Shown one piece after another: positions 36,418-47,035 of a DNA stretch of 64,000 bases. The notes below the pieces were generated by a model that was not told the DNA's origin, did not search any database, and saw only the letters and a list, made by a program, of their open reading frames with translations. A program made the position numbers and the translations under genes. Position 1 is the stretch's first letter. Each line of letters starts with the position of its first letter. The DNA is from Chrysemys picta bellii (Eukaryota). The stretch covers positions 13,268,001-13,332,000 of the forward strand of contig NC_088812.1 in assembly GCF_011386835.1 (NCBI RefSeq). Direction: 5' to 3'.

Positions 36418-36783
36418 ATAGTGAGTCTACTGGGGGCAGAACCTAGATGTCCTTCGTCCTGGCCCAGTACCATAATCACAAGAGTGTTCTTCTCCTCTGC
36501 GGGAGACAATTCAGCTGAGTGGGGAGGTTGGCTGATCTGCTCTTCAAAGCAAACGTTGCTGCTTGTGGGGGATGTGTGTGTGGAGGAGGGTTGTCGTGTG
36601 TATATGGGCACGTGTGTGTGTGTGTCTGAGCCTGTGTCTTTGTGTGGGGGCAGGGGATGAGCTCTGGGGATCCAGAGAGGGCTTTGGAAAGGATCCCCAC
36701 AGCATGCCCCTACTTGTCGTTCTGCGGCCAAACCCCAGCAGTTAAATCGCCTTCCCTTTCTTTCCAGCCGCTCACCGTCCACC

Positions 36784-37878
36784 ATGGCCGAGGTGACCAC
36801 GGTCCCCGCTGAGACGCCGGATCCCTTTAACGAGTTCGGGGACTACCACAACTGGACCCAGCTGCTCCAATACCTGAACTACACCTTCACCTTCTGTGAC
36901 ACCCATCTGGACGAGAACATCAAGCGGGTGATGCTCTTCATCCTCTACTTGGTCATCTTCGTGGTGGGGCTGGTGGAAAACATTCTCGTCATCTGGGTCA
37001 ACTGGCACACCTGGGGCAACAAAAACCTGGTCAACCTCTATATCCTCAACATGGCCATCGCCGACTTAGGGGTGCTGTTATCTCTGCCCATCTGGATGTT
37101 GGAGGCCATGCTCGACTACACCTGGCTCTGGGGCAGCTTCCTGTGCCGCTTCACGCACTACTTCTACTTCGCCAACATGTACAGCAGTATCTTCTTCCTC
37201 AGTTGCCTCAGCGTGGACCGCTACGTCTCCTTGACAACGGCATCCCACTTCTGGCACCAGCATCAGCACCGGGCACGCCGCTTCCTCTGCTTCGGCATCT
37301 GGGTCTTCGCCGCCCTCCTCCCCTTCCTGGAGGTGGCCCACACACAGCTGTTGGACTCAGTGGAGCCCATGTGCATCTTCCTGGCCCCCTTCGAGACCTA
37401 TGATGAGTGGGCCCTGGGCATCAGCTTAGCCACCACCATCATTGGGTTCCTCATCCCCTTCTCCATCATCGCTGTCTTTAACATACTGACGGCCAGGTAC
37501 ATCAAGCACTCCAAGCCGGAAAGCAGGAAACACTGCCTCCTGATCTACGCCTACATCGTCGTGTTCCTAGTATGCTGGCTGCCCTACCACGTCACACTGA
37601 CCCTCCTGACCCTCGATGGCAGCCACTTCATTTACAGCTGCAACGTTGCCAACTTCCTCTACTTCTTCTACGACATCATAGACTGTTTCAGCATGTTCCA
37701 CTGCGTGGCCAACCCCATCCTCTACAACTTCCTGAGCAAGAACTTCCGCGGCAAACTCATCTCGGCTGTGGTGAAGTACATCCCCAAAGACCAAATCAAC
37801 CAGAAAGGTGGGGACAATTCCTCTTCCAGCACTCAGCACTCCATAGTCATTACCAAAGACAACATCCCACCTAATTAA
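36784..37878 (+). CDS. GPR182: G protein-coupled receptor 182 (atypical chemokine receptor, formerly ADMR), 364 aa, single coding exon
   Basis: Seven hydrophobic segments; SVDRY, CWLPY and NPILYNF class-A motifs; strong Kozak ACCATGG; splice acceptor at 36766-36767; position between RDH16-like genes and ZBTB39 matches human synteny. Candidate AATAAA at 38865-38870. Confidence 0.93.
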   Translation: MAEVTTVPAETPDPFNEFGDYHNWTQLLQYLNYTFTFCDTHLDENIKRVMLFILYLVIFVVGLVENILVIWVNWHTWGNKNLVNLYILNMAIADLGVLLSLPIWMLEAMLDYTWLWGSFLCRFTHYFYFANMYSSIFFLSCLSVDRYVSLTTASHFWHQHQHRARRFLCFGIWVFAALLPFLEVAHTQLLDSVEPMCIFLAPFETYDEWALGISLATTIIGFLIPFSIIAVFNILTARYIKHSKPESRKHCLLIYAYIVVFLVCWLPYHVTLTLLTLDGSHFIYSCNVANFLYFFYDIIDCFSMFHCVANPILYNFLSKNFRGKLISAVVKYIPKDQINQKGGDNSSSSTQHSIVITKDNIPPN

Positions 37879-40800
37879 ACAGGGGCTCTCCACGCATTGC
37901 TGGCAGCTGGTCCCAGGGGTGGCCGGCTTCCTAAATCAGACCCCCAAAAGATTTCTTCCCCCGGCAATAAGGCAAGACACTTTGCGTTTTGATGGCATTT
38001 TCTCCTTGCCACCCACGGCTCTGAAAGCTGGAGGGAGGGTAGAAATGAGATGCCGTGGGGAGCGGCAGATGTTTTGCCTCTGACGTGCTCCCGTATCAAA
38101 TCTCTTTAGCTAAAGAAACAGAAAGGAAGAGATGTCCTATTTTTCAAAGAAATGCTCATTGGTTTATTACTATCGATTATTCTGGCTACCCAGGGACCTC
38201 AACGCAAATCCGGCCGCTTTGCTCTCCAGCTAAGCAGGAGTTGGAACAAGCAACGTTTTGCCACCAGCTTTTCCGCGACGCCTCCCTTTTGCTTGCCGAT
38301 GTGCTCCGGGTTTCCCACACCTGGAAGAGACCAGGCGTTAAGCTGCCTCTGTCATTGAACGATCTAGCTCAGAAAAAAGGGGTGGAATTCTTTTCCTTCG
38401 GAACACAACTCGATCACTTCGCAGCCCCCGGCGAGAAAGATGAGGGGCTGACCTCGCAAGGTGGAGCCAAAGGGAGTGGGAGCCACTCAGCACGAAAAGA
38501 GCATGTCGGCGCCAACAGGAAACAGCTTTTGGAGAGCAATATTGCAACCCCAGAGGGAAAGAAGCAGGGAGGATTAAGGCCGCAGTCCACTGTCCAGACG
38601 TGTTTCCCGAAGGCTTTGTCTACATTACCACTTTTGTCAGTCAGAGGTGTGAAAAAAACACACCCACCCCGACCGACATAAGTTTCCCCGACAAAAATGC
38701 TGGTGTGGACAGCGCTGGGTTGGCAGGAGAGGCTCTGCTTCCGACATCGCTAAGGCCCCTCGTTGGGGGTGGTTTAACGAGGCCGGCCGGAGAGCTCTGT
38801 TCAGCCCTGAGTGAATTCGGCTAAAGCACGTGGGGAGGGGAAGGCGTGAAGGTAACTGGGAATTAATAAATCACAAAAGAACCAACCAATCCACAGCCTT
38901 GGACCGTTACAAATACGGAAAAACCAATTGGACGGGATCTGGGGAAAGGGTGCTTAGGGCAAGGAAAGAAGAGGCTGATGGCAGGATGTTCCCAGAGGCA
39001 GAGCCGTCCCTTGGGTATGGCGAATCGGGGCGACCGCTCCGGGCCCCGCGCTTTGGGGGGCCCTGTGCTTCAGTGTGCATGTGTTGTGCGGGGGTCGCCA
39101 GGCTGGCCCGGAGGGTGTGGTTAGGGGTTCAGGGGGCTTGGTGCCTGCAGCGGGGGTTGGACTTGAACTCACTGGCTGGAAGCGAGCGGTGCATTTCTTT
39201 TTCTTGCTCGGCATCGGGGGGTTTGGGCTCAGTCTTGGGCTTCGGCAACCCCAGCCTGCCCCGCCAGCTCCCAGTGTCGCCTGCCACCGCTGCACTGGCT
39301 GCCAGTGTCCTCATGCTGCCATCCCCTGCCCTTCCGCCCTGGACCCCCCCCTTTTCCAGGGCCCCCCCAGCACAGGCGGCTCCCTCGCACGTAGTACAGG
39401 TGCCTGGGACTCTCCATCGTCCCTCGCCCCCCAGCACTGGTGTCCCCTCCCCACACCAGACTTCACCTGATTTGCCCCAGGCCCCGCACTCCCCTCGGGA
39501 CGGCCCTGCCCAGGGGTTGAAGGAACGAATCAGAGCAGACAAGAGAAGTGGGTGGGACCAGCCCTGCTTCTGGGAGAAAGTGCATTGCATTCATTCCCTG
39601 TCCCTTTGCCGCCTTGTTCGCCTGGGAGGCAAAGGACAGAGGCCTGTGGATTTGCAAGATGAAGGGGTTTCCATAGCGAATAATTAGCCTCATCAGGAGG
39701 GGATTTTTTTTTTTAATTGCAATGGAAAATTACTGGTCTCTCGCCCACCCTGCCCCACCCCTCAAGACCTCACGTGAAACAGACCATGTGACATTTCACG
39801 ACATTGCGACAGATTAGAACCATGGCGGCGTCTGTATCCCCTTCTGGAGCTGTACGAGCCACGTTCCCCCCGCTCAGCGCTCCCCCGGGAATGCCTCCAT
39901 GCTGCTCTTTAGCGGTCCCGCAAAGGGACGTGGGTCACTCCTGCTCCTCTGTCCCCAGCCCGGGGACCAGGAATCTGCTCTCCCAAACGGCAGCAGGCCA
40001 GACACACAACCAGCCAATCCAGTACCATTCTCACTCCCGGCGGGCCTTTCGCTGGCTTCCAGCCCACACCTTGCTGCCTACGTATATCCGTATTTGCCTG
40101 CAAAACGCGCCCATTCATCTCCACCAAGGCCTTGCATGCAACAGCTACGGGAAAAGGCACCGAGCCTTTAAGGAGAAGCAACTTGTGCCCATTCCCCTCC
40201 TCCTGTTGTGCAAAGTTTAACAACTTGTACAGTGTAAAACAGCAGCACAGACTGTCGGCTCTTCGGGGCAGACACTTCTGCGTTTGCACAACACCTTATA
40301 CAGGTCGCTCCCGGCCCACGCGTGGAGCTAGGCTAAGTAATTCCGTGCTGTGGCAATCCAGATTATTACCACCACCACGGAGACGTTAACAGGATGGCAG
40401 CCGCTCACCAATGGCGAGGGCCAGAGAGCCAGTCCTGAGCTCCCCAGGAATGGTTCATAGACGCGCCTTTGTCTGTCAGCTTTGCTAAAGAAATGGAAGA
40501 CCACTGCATGATAGTGTGTGACAGACCCGCTCTGCCTGGGTAGAAATGTATCCAATTTCTTCATGATACCTAAACATTTAAAGCTCTCTATATCTGACCT
40601 ATTAAACTTCATTTTTAAAAACACGGCTCTGTTGCATGGATGACTTTGTATGCCACGATCCCGAGATATTAAAGCCAGAAGGCAGCATCTTGTCTGACTC
40701 CTGCACAACACAGGCAGGCGAATTTTACCCGGTGACCCCTGCGTTGGAGCCAATAACACAAGGAGGAACTAGGCAGCACCTTTTAGAACGGCAGCCAGGC

Positions 40801-41199
40801 TTGAGTGAAAGATTTCCAGTGATGGAGAAAACTCCACATCACTTGGTGAGCTGCTCCAACAGTTAATTACCTTCAGAGTTAAAAAACGCGGAATTTCTAC
40901 TGTAAATTTGTCTGGTTTCAACTTCTAGCCATTGGATAGATGTTTGCCTGATAGATGAAACAACCCTCTGCTATCAGATCTCTTCTCCCCACGTAGGCAC
41001 TTAAAAACCACAGGCAAGTCACCTCTGAAATACCAGCGAGGGGGGTGCATTAGAAATACTATAGAGCAGAGAGATTCAGCCCCCAGGGGTTCAAGGAGCC
41101 AAATTAGCGACCAACATTCCCCACCACAGTGTGGATTCATTGTTTCATTTACAATTGCATTATATAGTCATAGTTAAACAGTATGACAGGCAATATTTA

Positions 41200-41243
41200 G
41201 TGTGTGTGTAGATACACACGCACGCACGCACACACACACGCGC
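41200..41243. repeat. (TG)n/(CA)n/(CG)n microsatellite; other (CA)n tracts near 28963-28988 and 62853-62869
   Basis: Directly visible alternating purine-pyrimidine tracts. Confidence 0.85.
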
Positions 41244-41836
41244 GTCTCACTGCAAAATGACTGACCAGGTACTATTCTTTTATCAACGGCAGCTGGTTAA
41301 TAACATAGTTAAAAGCATCCTAATTGGTTAATGACTTAGATTGGTTAATAATTAAATCACACGGTGGTTTAATATCATGCGCTGCAAAGAGCCTCAGGAG
41401 GGGCATTAAAGAGCCACTTGTGGCTTGCAGGTCTCTGTCTGAGTATCACCGCTAAGACAGAGCTCCCGATCGTAGGTACTTCCAAGATCCCCATGATGAT
41501 AATAGCTGAACAGACCGCGCGGTCTTACATATATTTATCCTCGCCACAGTCCTGGGAGGTAAGGAAGGATTATGACAGATGGGGAACAGGGGGACAGAAA
41601 AACTAATTTTCAGAAGTGTCTAGGTGATTGGGGAGCCTAAATTCTACTGCTGTTCAATAAGACTTAGGCTCCTAAATCCCTCTCTGAAAATGGGACTTTG
41701 GCGCCTTTCAAAGTTTTACTGTCATGCCCAAGGGTGCACAGGGAGTTGGGGCGAAGAAGGGAACTGAACCTGTCTTCCCCAAATCCCAGGTTACGTCCCT
41801 TGCCATGTTGGCGAACAGCCCTTGATGGCCCTATCC

Positions 41837-42599
41837 CAGAGGTGAGCAAACCACGGCCCATGGGTCACATCCGGCCCGCAGGACCATCCTGCCTGGCCCT
41901 TGAGCTCCCAGCTGGGGAGGCTAGCCCCCGGGCCCTCCCCTGCTGTCCCCTCTCCCCCCCAGCCTCAGCTCGCCGTGCCACCAGCGCTCTGGGCAGTGGG
42001 GCTGTGAGCTCCTGCAGCGCGCCAGACATGCTGCTCTGAGCGGCATGGTAAGGGGGCGGGGAGTGAGAGGGTTGGATAAGGGGCAAGGGTCCCGGGGGCA
42101 GTCAGGGGACAGGGGGCAGTTGGATGGGGCGGAGGTTCCGGGGGCGGGGGCAGGGGCAGGGAACGGGGGGGTTGGATAAGGGTCGGGGAGTCCTAGGGGG
42201 CAGTCAGGGGACAGGGGGCAGTTGGATGGGGCGGAGGGTTCTGGGGGTGGAGTGGTCAGGGGATGGGAAATGGGGGGGTTAAATAGGCGTGGGAGTCCCG
42301 GGGGGCCTGTCAGGGGGTAGGGGTGTGGATAGGGGACAGGGAGCAGGGCGGGTTGGATGGGGGTGGAGTCCCATAGGGGGGCGGTTAGGGGTGGGGGTTC
42401 CAGGAGGGGGCAGTCAGGGGGGATTGGATGAGTGGTGGGTTCTGTAGGGGGCAGTCAGGGGGTGGGAAGTGGGAGGGGCCGGATAGGGGGTGAGGTACAG
42501 GCTGTTTGGGGAGGCACAGTCTTCCTTACCTGGCCCTCCATACAGTTTCGGAACCCTGATGTGACCCTCGGGCCAAAAAGTTTTCCCACCCCACCCCTG
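41837..42599. mobile_element. Non-autonomous hAT element with internal G-rich tandem repeats
   Basis: Ends CAGAGGTGAGCAAAC and AGTTTTCCCACCCCACCCCTG; perfect 8-bp TSD CCCTATCC (41829-41836 and 42600-42607). Confidence 0.85.
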
Positions 42600-42892
42600 C
42601 CCTATCCTCTGTGAACTCAACTAATTCTTTTTTGCACCCCGCTACACTTTTGCCCTTCACAGCATCCCCTGGCAATGAGCGCCACCGGGTGAAGAAATAC
42701 TTCCTTGGGTTTGTTTTAAACCTGCCGCCCGTTCGGTTTCACACAACAGACCTGGCGAGCAGCGCCAAACCTCGCCCATCGCTGCTAAGGAATTTAACCC
42801 AGCCCAAGCAATGTTTGAAAAGATGGGTCTGAGCAACGAGAGGCATTGGGCAAAATTTAAAAAAGCACCTAAGTGATGGAGGTGGCTAAATA

Positions 42893-43050
42893 CACCTCTA
42901 CCCTGATATAACACGAATTCGGATACAACGCGGTAAAGCAGTGCTCCGGGGGGGTGGGGCTGCGCACTCCGGCGGATCAAAGCAAGTTCGATATAACGCG
43001 GTAAGATTTTTTTGGCTCCTGTGGACAGTGTTATATTGGGGGTAGAGGTG
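42893..43050. mobile_element. Tc1/mariner-type MITE
   Basis: About 23-bp TIRs CACCTCTACCC..ATATAACAC flanked by TA on both sides. Confidence 0.8.
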
Positions 43051-43070
43051 TACTAATGAGACACAGAGCC

Positions 43071-43253
43071 ATTCACAGAATATCAGGGTTGGAAGGGACC
43101 TCAGGAGGTATCTAGTCCAACCCCCTGCTCAAAGCAGGACCAATCCCCAGACAAATTTTTGCCCCAGATCCCTAAATGGCCCCCTCAAGGATTGAACTCA
43201 CAACTCTGGGTTTAGCAGGTCAATGCTCAAACCACTGAGCTAGCCCTCCCCCC
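43071..43253 (-). mobile_element. Tortoise Pol III/SINE (tRNA-Lys-derived head plus CR1 3' tail)
   Basis: Reverse complement reads GGGAGGGCTAGCTCAGTGGTTTGAGCA (A box)...GAGTTCAATCC (B box)...GGGGATTGGTCCTGCTTTGAGCAGGGGGTTGGACTAGA...CCCTGATATTCTGTGAAT; the tail is shared with the CR1 at 44290-44368. Confidence 0.88.
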
Positions 43254-43795
43254 CCAGATGCTTTGGAAAGGGACAGGAACGCTGTTTTCCAGATCTAGAG
43301 CAATATATATTTTCCAGCCGTTTATGATCCTCAGTCTACGTGAAGCACGGCGTGAAACTGACTGAAAACATTCCCAAAGAACGGCAAGTTTCCCGAATAT
43401 CTTTCTTACGATGCTACCGCGGTGGGTCATCAAACATTTTAAATATAGGGTGATGGGGAATTAAAAAGTCATGAAAACTCTCCAACCCGGCAATATCGTA
43501 GGGGTATTTTCCTTAGCACAGGCACTGCTTGCTAATACATGGGCTAGAAAAGCCATTCATAAATGCAGACTGTGCCGGCGCCAAGAAACACACGTGGTTT
43601 GGGCCATCCCAGCTCATCACTTCAAGCACACAGAAAATCTGGGCTGGGACAGGTGGCCCAGCGGTATCCCAGCTTTATAATGGCTGTTCATTACTTACAT
43701 GACAGGGGCACCTAGAGGTGCCGGCTGGGATAGTTAGGGAACTGCACAGATAGTGAGCCACAGCTCTTCTGTTCCAAAGAGCTTTCAATGTAGAA

Positions 43796-44368
43796 GTAGG
43801 AGCATTGCCAGCAGATCGAGGGACGTGATCATTCCTCTCTATTCAGCATTGGTGAGGCCTCATCTGGAGTACTGTGTCCAGTTTTGGGCCCCCCACTGCA
43901 GAAGGGATGTGGACAAATTGGAGAGAGTCCAGAGGAGGGCAACAAAAATGATTAGGGGGCTGGAGCACATGACTTAGGAGGAGAGGCTGAGGGAACTGGG
44001 ATTGTTTAGTCTGCAGAAGAGAAGAATGAGGGGGGATTTGATAGCTGCTTTCAACTACCTGAAAGGGGGTTTCAAAGATGATGGCTCTAGACTGTTCTCA
44101 GTGGTACAGAACAAGGAGTAATGGTCTCAAGTTGCAGTGGGGAAGGTGCAGGTTGGATATTAGGAAAAACTTTTTCACTAGGAGGGTGGTGAAGCACTGG
44201 AATGGGTTACCTAGGGAGGTGGTGGAATCTCCTTCTTTAGAGGTTTATAAGGTCAGGCTTGACAAAGCCTTGGCTGGGATGATTTAGTTGGGGATTGGTC
44301 CTGCTTTGAGCAGGGGGTTGGACTAGATGACCTCCCGAGGTCCCTTCCAACCCTGTTATTCTATGATT
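43796..44368 (+). mobile_element. CR1 3' end (PsCR1-like)
   Basis: [28 protein letters not shown]...[16 protein letters not shown]; ends GTCCCTTCCAACCCTGTTATTCTATGATT. Confidence 0.92.
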
Positions 44369-45373
44369 AAACCATCAAAGGACAGACAAGTCTAATGATC
44401 AACCCCATTTTCCAGGTTGGGCTCTGAGGTAAGAGAAAGTGGCTTGCCTGATGTCACATGTGAAGTTTGTGACGGAGATGGGAAATGAATCCAGATCTAT
44501 CCATGTAGGGCGTCATACTGCTGCCCATCCCCGTAGCATCTGGGTGGATTCCACGTAAAATCAGCAGCAATCGAGAAATCCCTGTAGCGTCTCCGGCACC
44601 ATCTCTCCCGCAGTTTTACGGAACGGGTCTGGGTTGGTGAGAAGGGGCGGCAAAGAGCTTGCCTGTCCTCCCTGACGTCTGAATCTATTAAACTGGCAGG
44701 CGTGCTAGAGCGAAGCCAATTGACTTTCGGCTCATTGTCTCCCACACACGGCAGCCCTTCCACAGAGAAGACGAACGCCTGGGTTTTCTCCAAGAAGCAC
44801 TCGAGACGACTCTCCCGGGGAACGGCTGCCTCGTTTGTTTGCATCAGCTGAACAACCAGTTCGTTCTATCCCTGAACCGAGAAGGCAGGCTTGTCCCTAG
44901 AGAAAGGAATGTGCCTCTTGAAAAGACCAGCATCATCCGCTCGTTAGTTTGGTTTGCCAACGGGAAGAAAACCAGCAGGCTGTCTGGGCCTGATTTACAA
45001 TTACTTCTGGCAGCATATAGGGGCCTAAACGCAGGTGTAAATGACTCCTTGAGAATCCCCCCGGGGCAATATAGAGCTGATGGAAGGGCCCTTGGCATAG
45101 GCGATGACCAGACTATACTGTACCACGGCCATTCTCTGCTCCCCAGATGCTATTGGAAGCGGAGTTTAATTTAGAGCAGCCCTAAGGCCAGGCAGAATGG
45201 AGCAGAATTACCTGTGATCCTTGACCTCTGCCACCGCCCTAGGCCCAGGAAAGGGGTAACTGAATCAGGTGTGGGACCCACGCGGTGCTTGACCAGAAAG
45301 GCCCCAACTTCCACCTGCAGATGAAAACTGAGCAACAAAAAGACGCAAAGCGCGAGCGGTGGCTGTTTTCCAT

Positions 45374-45379
45374 TTTATT
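45374..45379 (-). terminator. Candidate ZBTB39 polyadenylation signal (about 5-kb 3' UTR)
   Basis: AATAAA on the minus strand at the end of an AT-rich, repeat-poor block (45380-45620) typical of a distal 3' UTR. Confidence 0.4.
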
Positions 45380-46872
45380 ATTCTAAATAAAAACCACACT
45401 TTGTGCTGGATGATGAAGTATAAAAGAATCCGATGTACAACGATTTTAGACATCTACTATTTTGGGTGGCGGGAAAAGTTTACAAAATATACAAAACTTT
45501 ACAGCAAATAGATAGTAACCACTTAAATATCAGGTCAGTACCTACTATTAACTTAATGAAAAGGTTAGACAGTAATTACAACTCGTTTTTCTGCTTCATT
45601 TTTTTTTTTAAAGAGATCTGGATCCTTCGAGAGAGGGGAGGAATGAAAGCAAACCCCGTTTGTGTTTCAGAAATACAGATATCAGTCTCAGAAGGTTACG
45701 TTCTCCATTGGGACACCGCTGCCTTTTTGGTTAGAGATGGGCAGCTTGCTTCAAGCTCCATTAGCGTGGCAGGCCCCTGGGATTAAACAGAACCCTACAG
45801 TGCAGCTTGGATCGTTGACAACATGTTGTCCTGTTACAAGCCCCCGTTTCATCCCCAAGGATCCCAAAGCACTTTACGAACAAGAATGAAACCTCACACC
45901 CTCCCCCATGTGAGGTAGGTATTTCTTAGTGTCCCCCATGTTTACAGACTGGGGGGGTAACTGAAGCAAGAACACACACTGAGCCAGTGGAAAAGCTGGG
46001 AACAGAGCCCAGGGGGTCTCTCTCCCAGCCCCCTGTATGGTCTACCAGACAATACTGTTACCTTTTCCCATGATAAGTAGCGTTTTGCTTCTGAAGTGAG
46101 GCCAGGGCATGAATAATTGTTAGGCAGTAAACCAAAAAACCAGTACTGGAGCCAGCTCTGTGAGCCGGGGGCATCAGCAGGACATGTCTGGCGTGGGAGA
46201 CACGGATTTTGGACTCTAGCCCCAGGGATCAGAGCAGCCTGCTCTGGTTTCAGAGTGAAAGCATGAGAGAAACTCCTTCGGTCTCTGGACTCCACCTAAT
46301 CCTGCCCTCCTGAGACGCAAAGCGGCATGGACATGGCTCGTGAAGACTGCTTGATCTCCTAGCCTGGCTGGCAAGACCCAATGGTAGCCCCATGACAAAG
46401 GGGAGGCAGAAAACGGAATGGTAAAGATGGTGGCACCAAGCAAGGGAAGACACCAGGACCCGTTGCAGATTGGTCATCGTGTCTGGGGTTAGGGCCTCGC
46501 TCTAAAACCCACCAAAGCCAGCAGAAAGGTTCCACTTGACTCCCATGGAGTTTAGGGCTGACATATTGAGGGAGGGCGCTCCGGGGGACGAGGGCTGGAT
46601 CCTGTCATTGGATCCCCAGGCCGGGAGGGAGAGCCCAGGTTTTGGCCTCAGCCCAATTGGGAGAATTCAAGGAGGAGAAACTAAGGGACTGAACTCGTGA
46701 TAGCGTTTTGCAAATCGGAATTTTTTTCACTTCCACAACCACACACGTCAAATGGCTGCCGCTCTCGGAGTGTTTTGAGGGAGAACGTGAACGGGTCATA
46801 ACCCAGGGAAGAGCCAAAGACAGAGGTGGGCAGGGATCTGAGCTCCGGCTGCTCTCCCTTCCTCAACACGCT

Positions 46873-47035
46873 GGCTACATCTACACTATGAGCTGCGGAG
46901 CCGTCGAAGCCCGGGGGCCTGCCTTAGCCGTGCCAAGGAAATACCCATCAGTTTCAGATGGCTCCACGGCTCCCTCAATGAGTTTGTGTCCACAAAGGGG
47001 GACTCACACCCCTAGCTCGTACTGTAGACGTAGCC
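46873..47035. mobile_element. PIF/Harbinger-like MITE
   Basis: TIRs GGCTACATCTACA and TGTAGACGTAGCC; no matching TSD. Related CTACAC/GTGTAG ends occur near 15810-16935, 23770 and 53185-53235. Confidence 0.45.

Noticed and set aside
22334-37878. RDH orphan exon 1 spliced to GPR182 as a fusion protein
   Set aside because: A phase-1 donor plus the 16 nt before the GPR182 ATG puts the receptor out of frame.
36772-37893. Minus-strand ORFs over GPR182
   Set aside because: Antisense shadows of the receptor CDS.
38830-39687. 285-aa ORF downstream of GPR182
   Set aside because: Low-complexity composition, non-ATG start and no recognisable motif.
43180-43253. tRNA gene
   Set aside because: The tRNA-like head is fused to a CR1 tail and lacks a complete cloverleaf, so it is a SINE.
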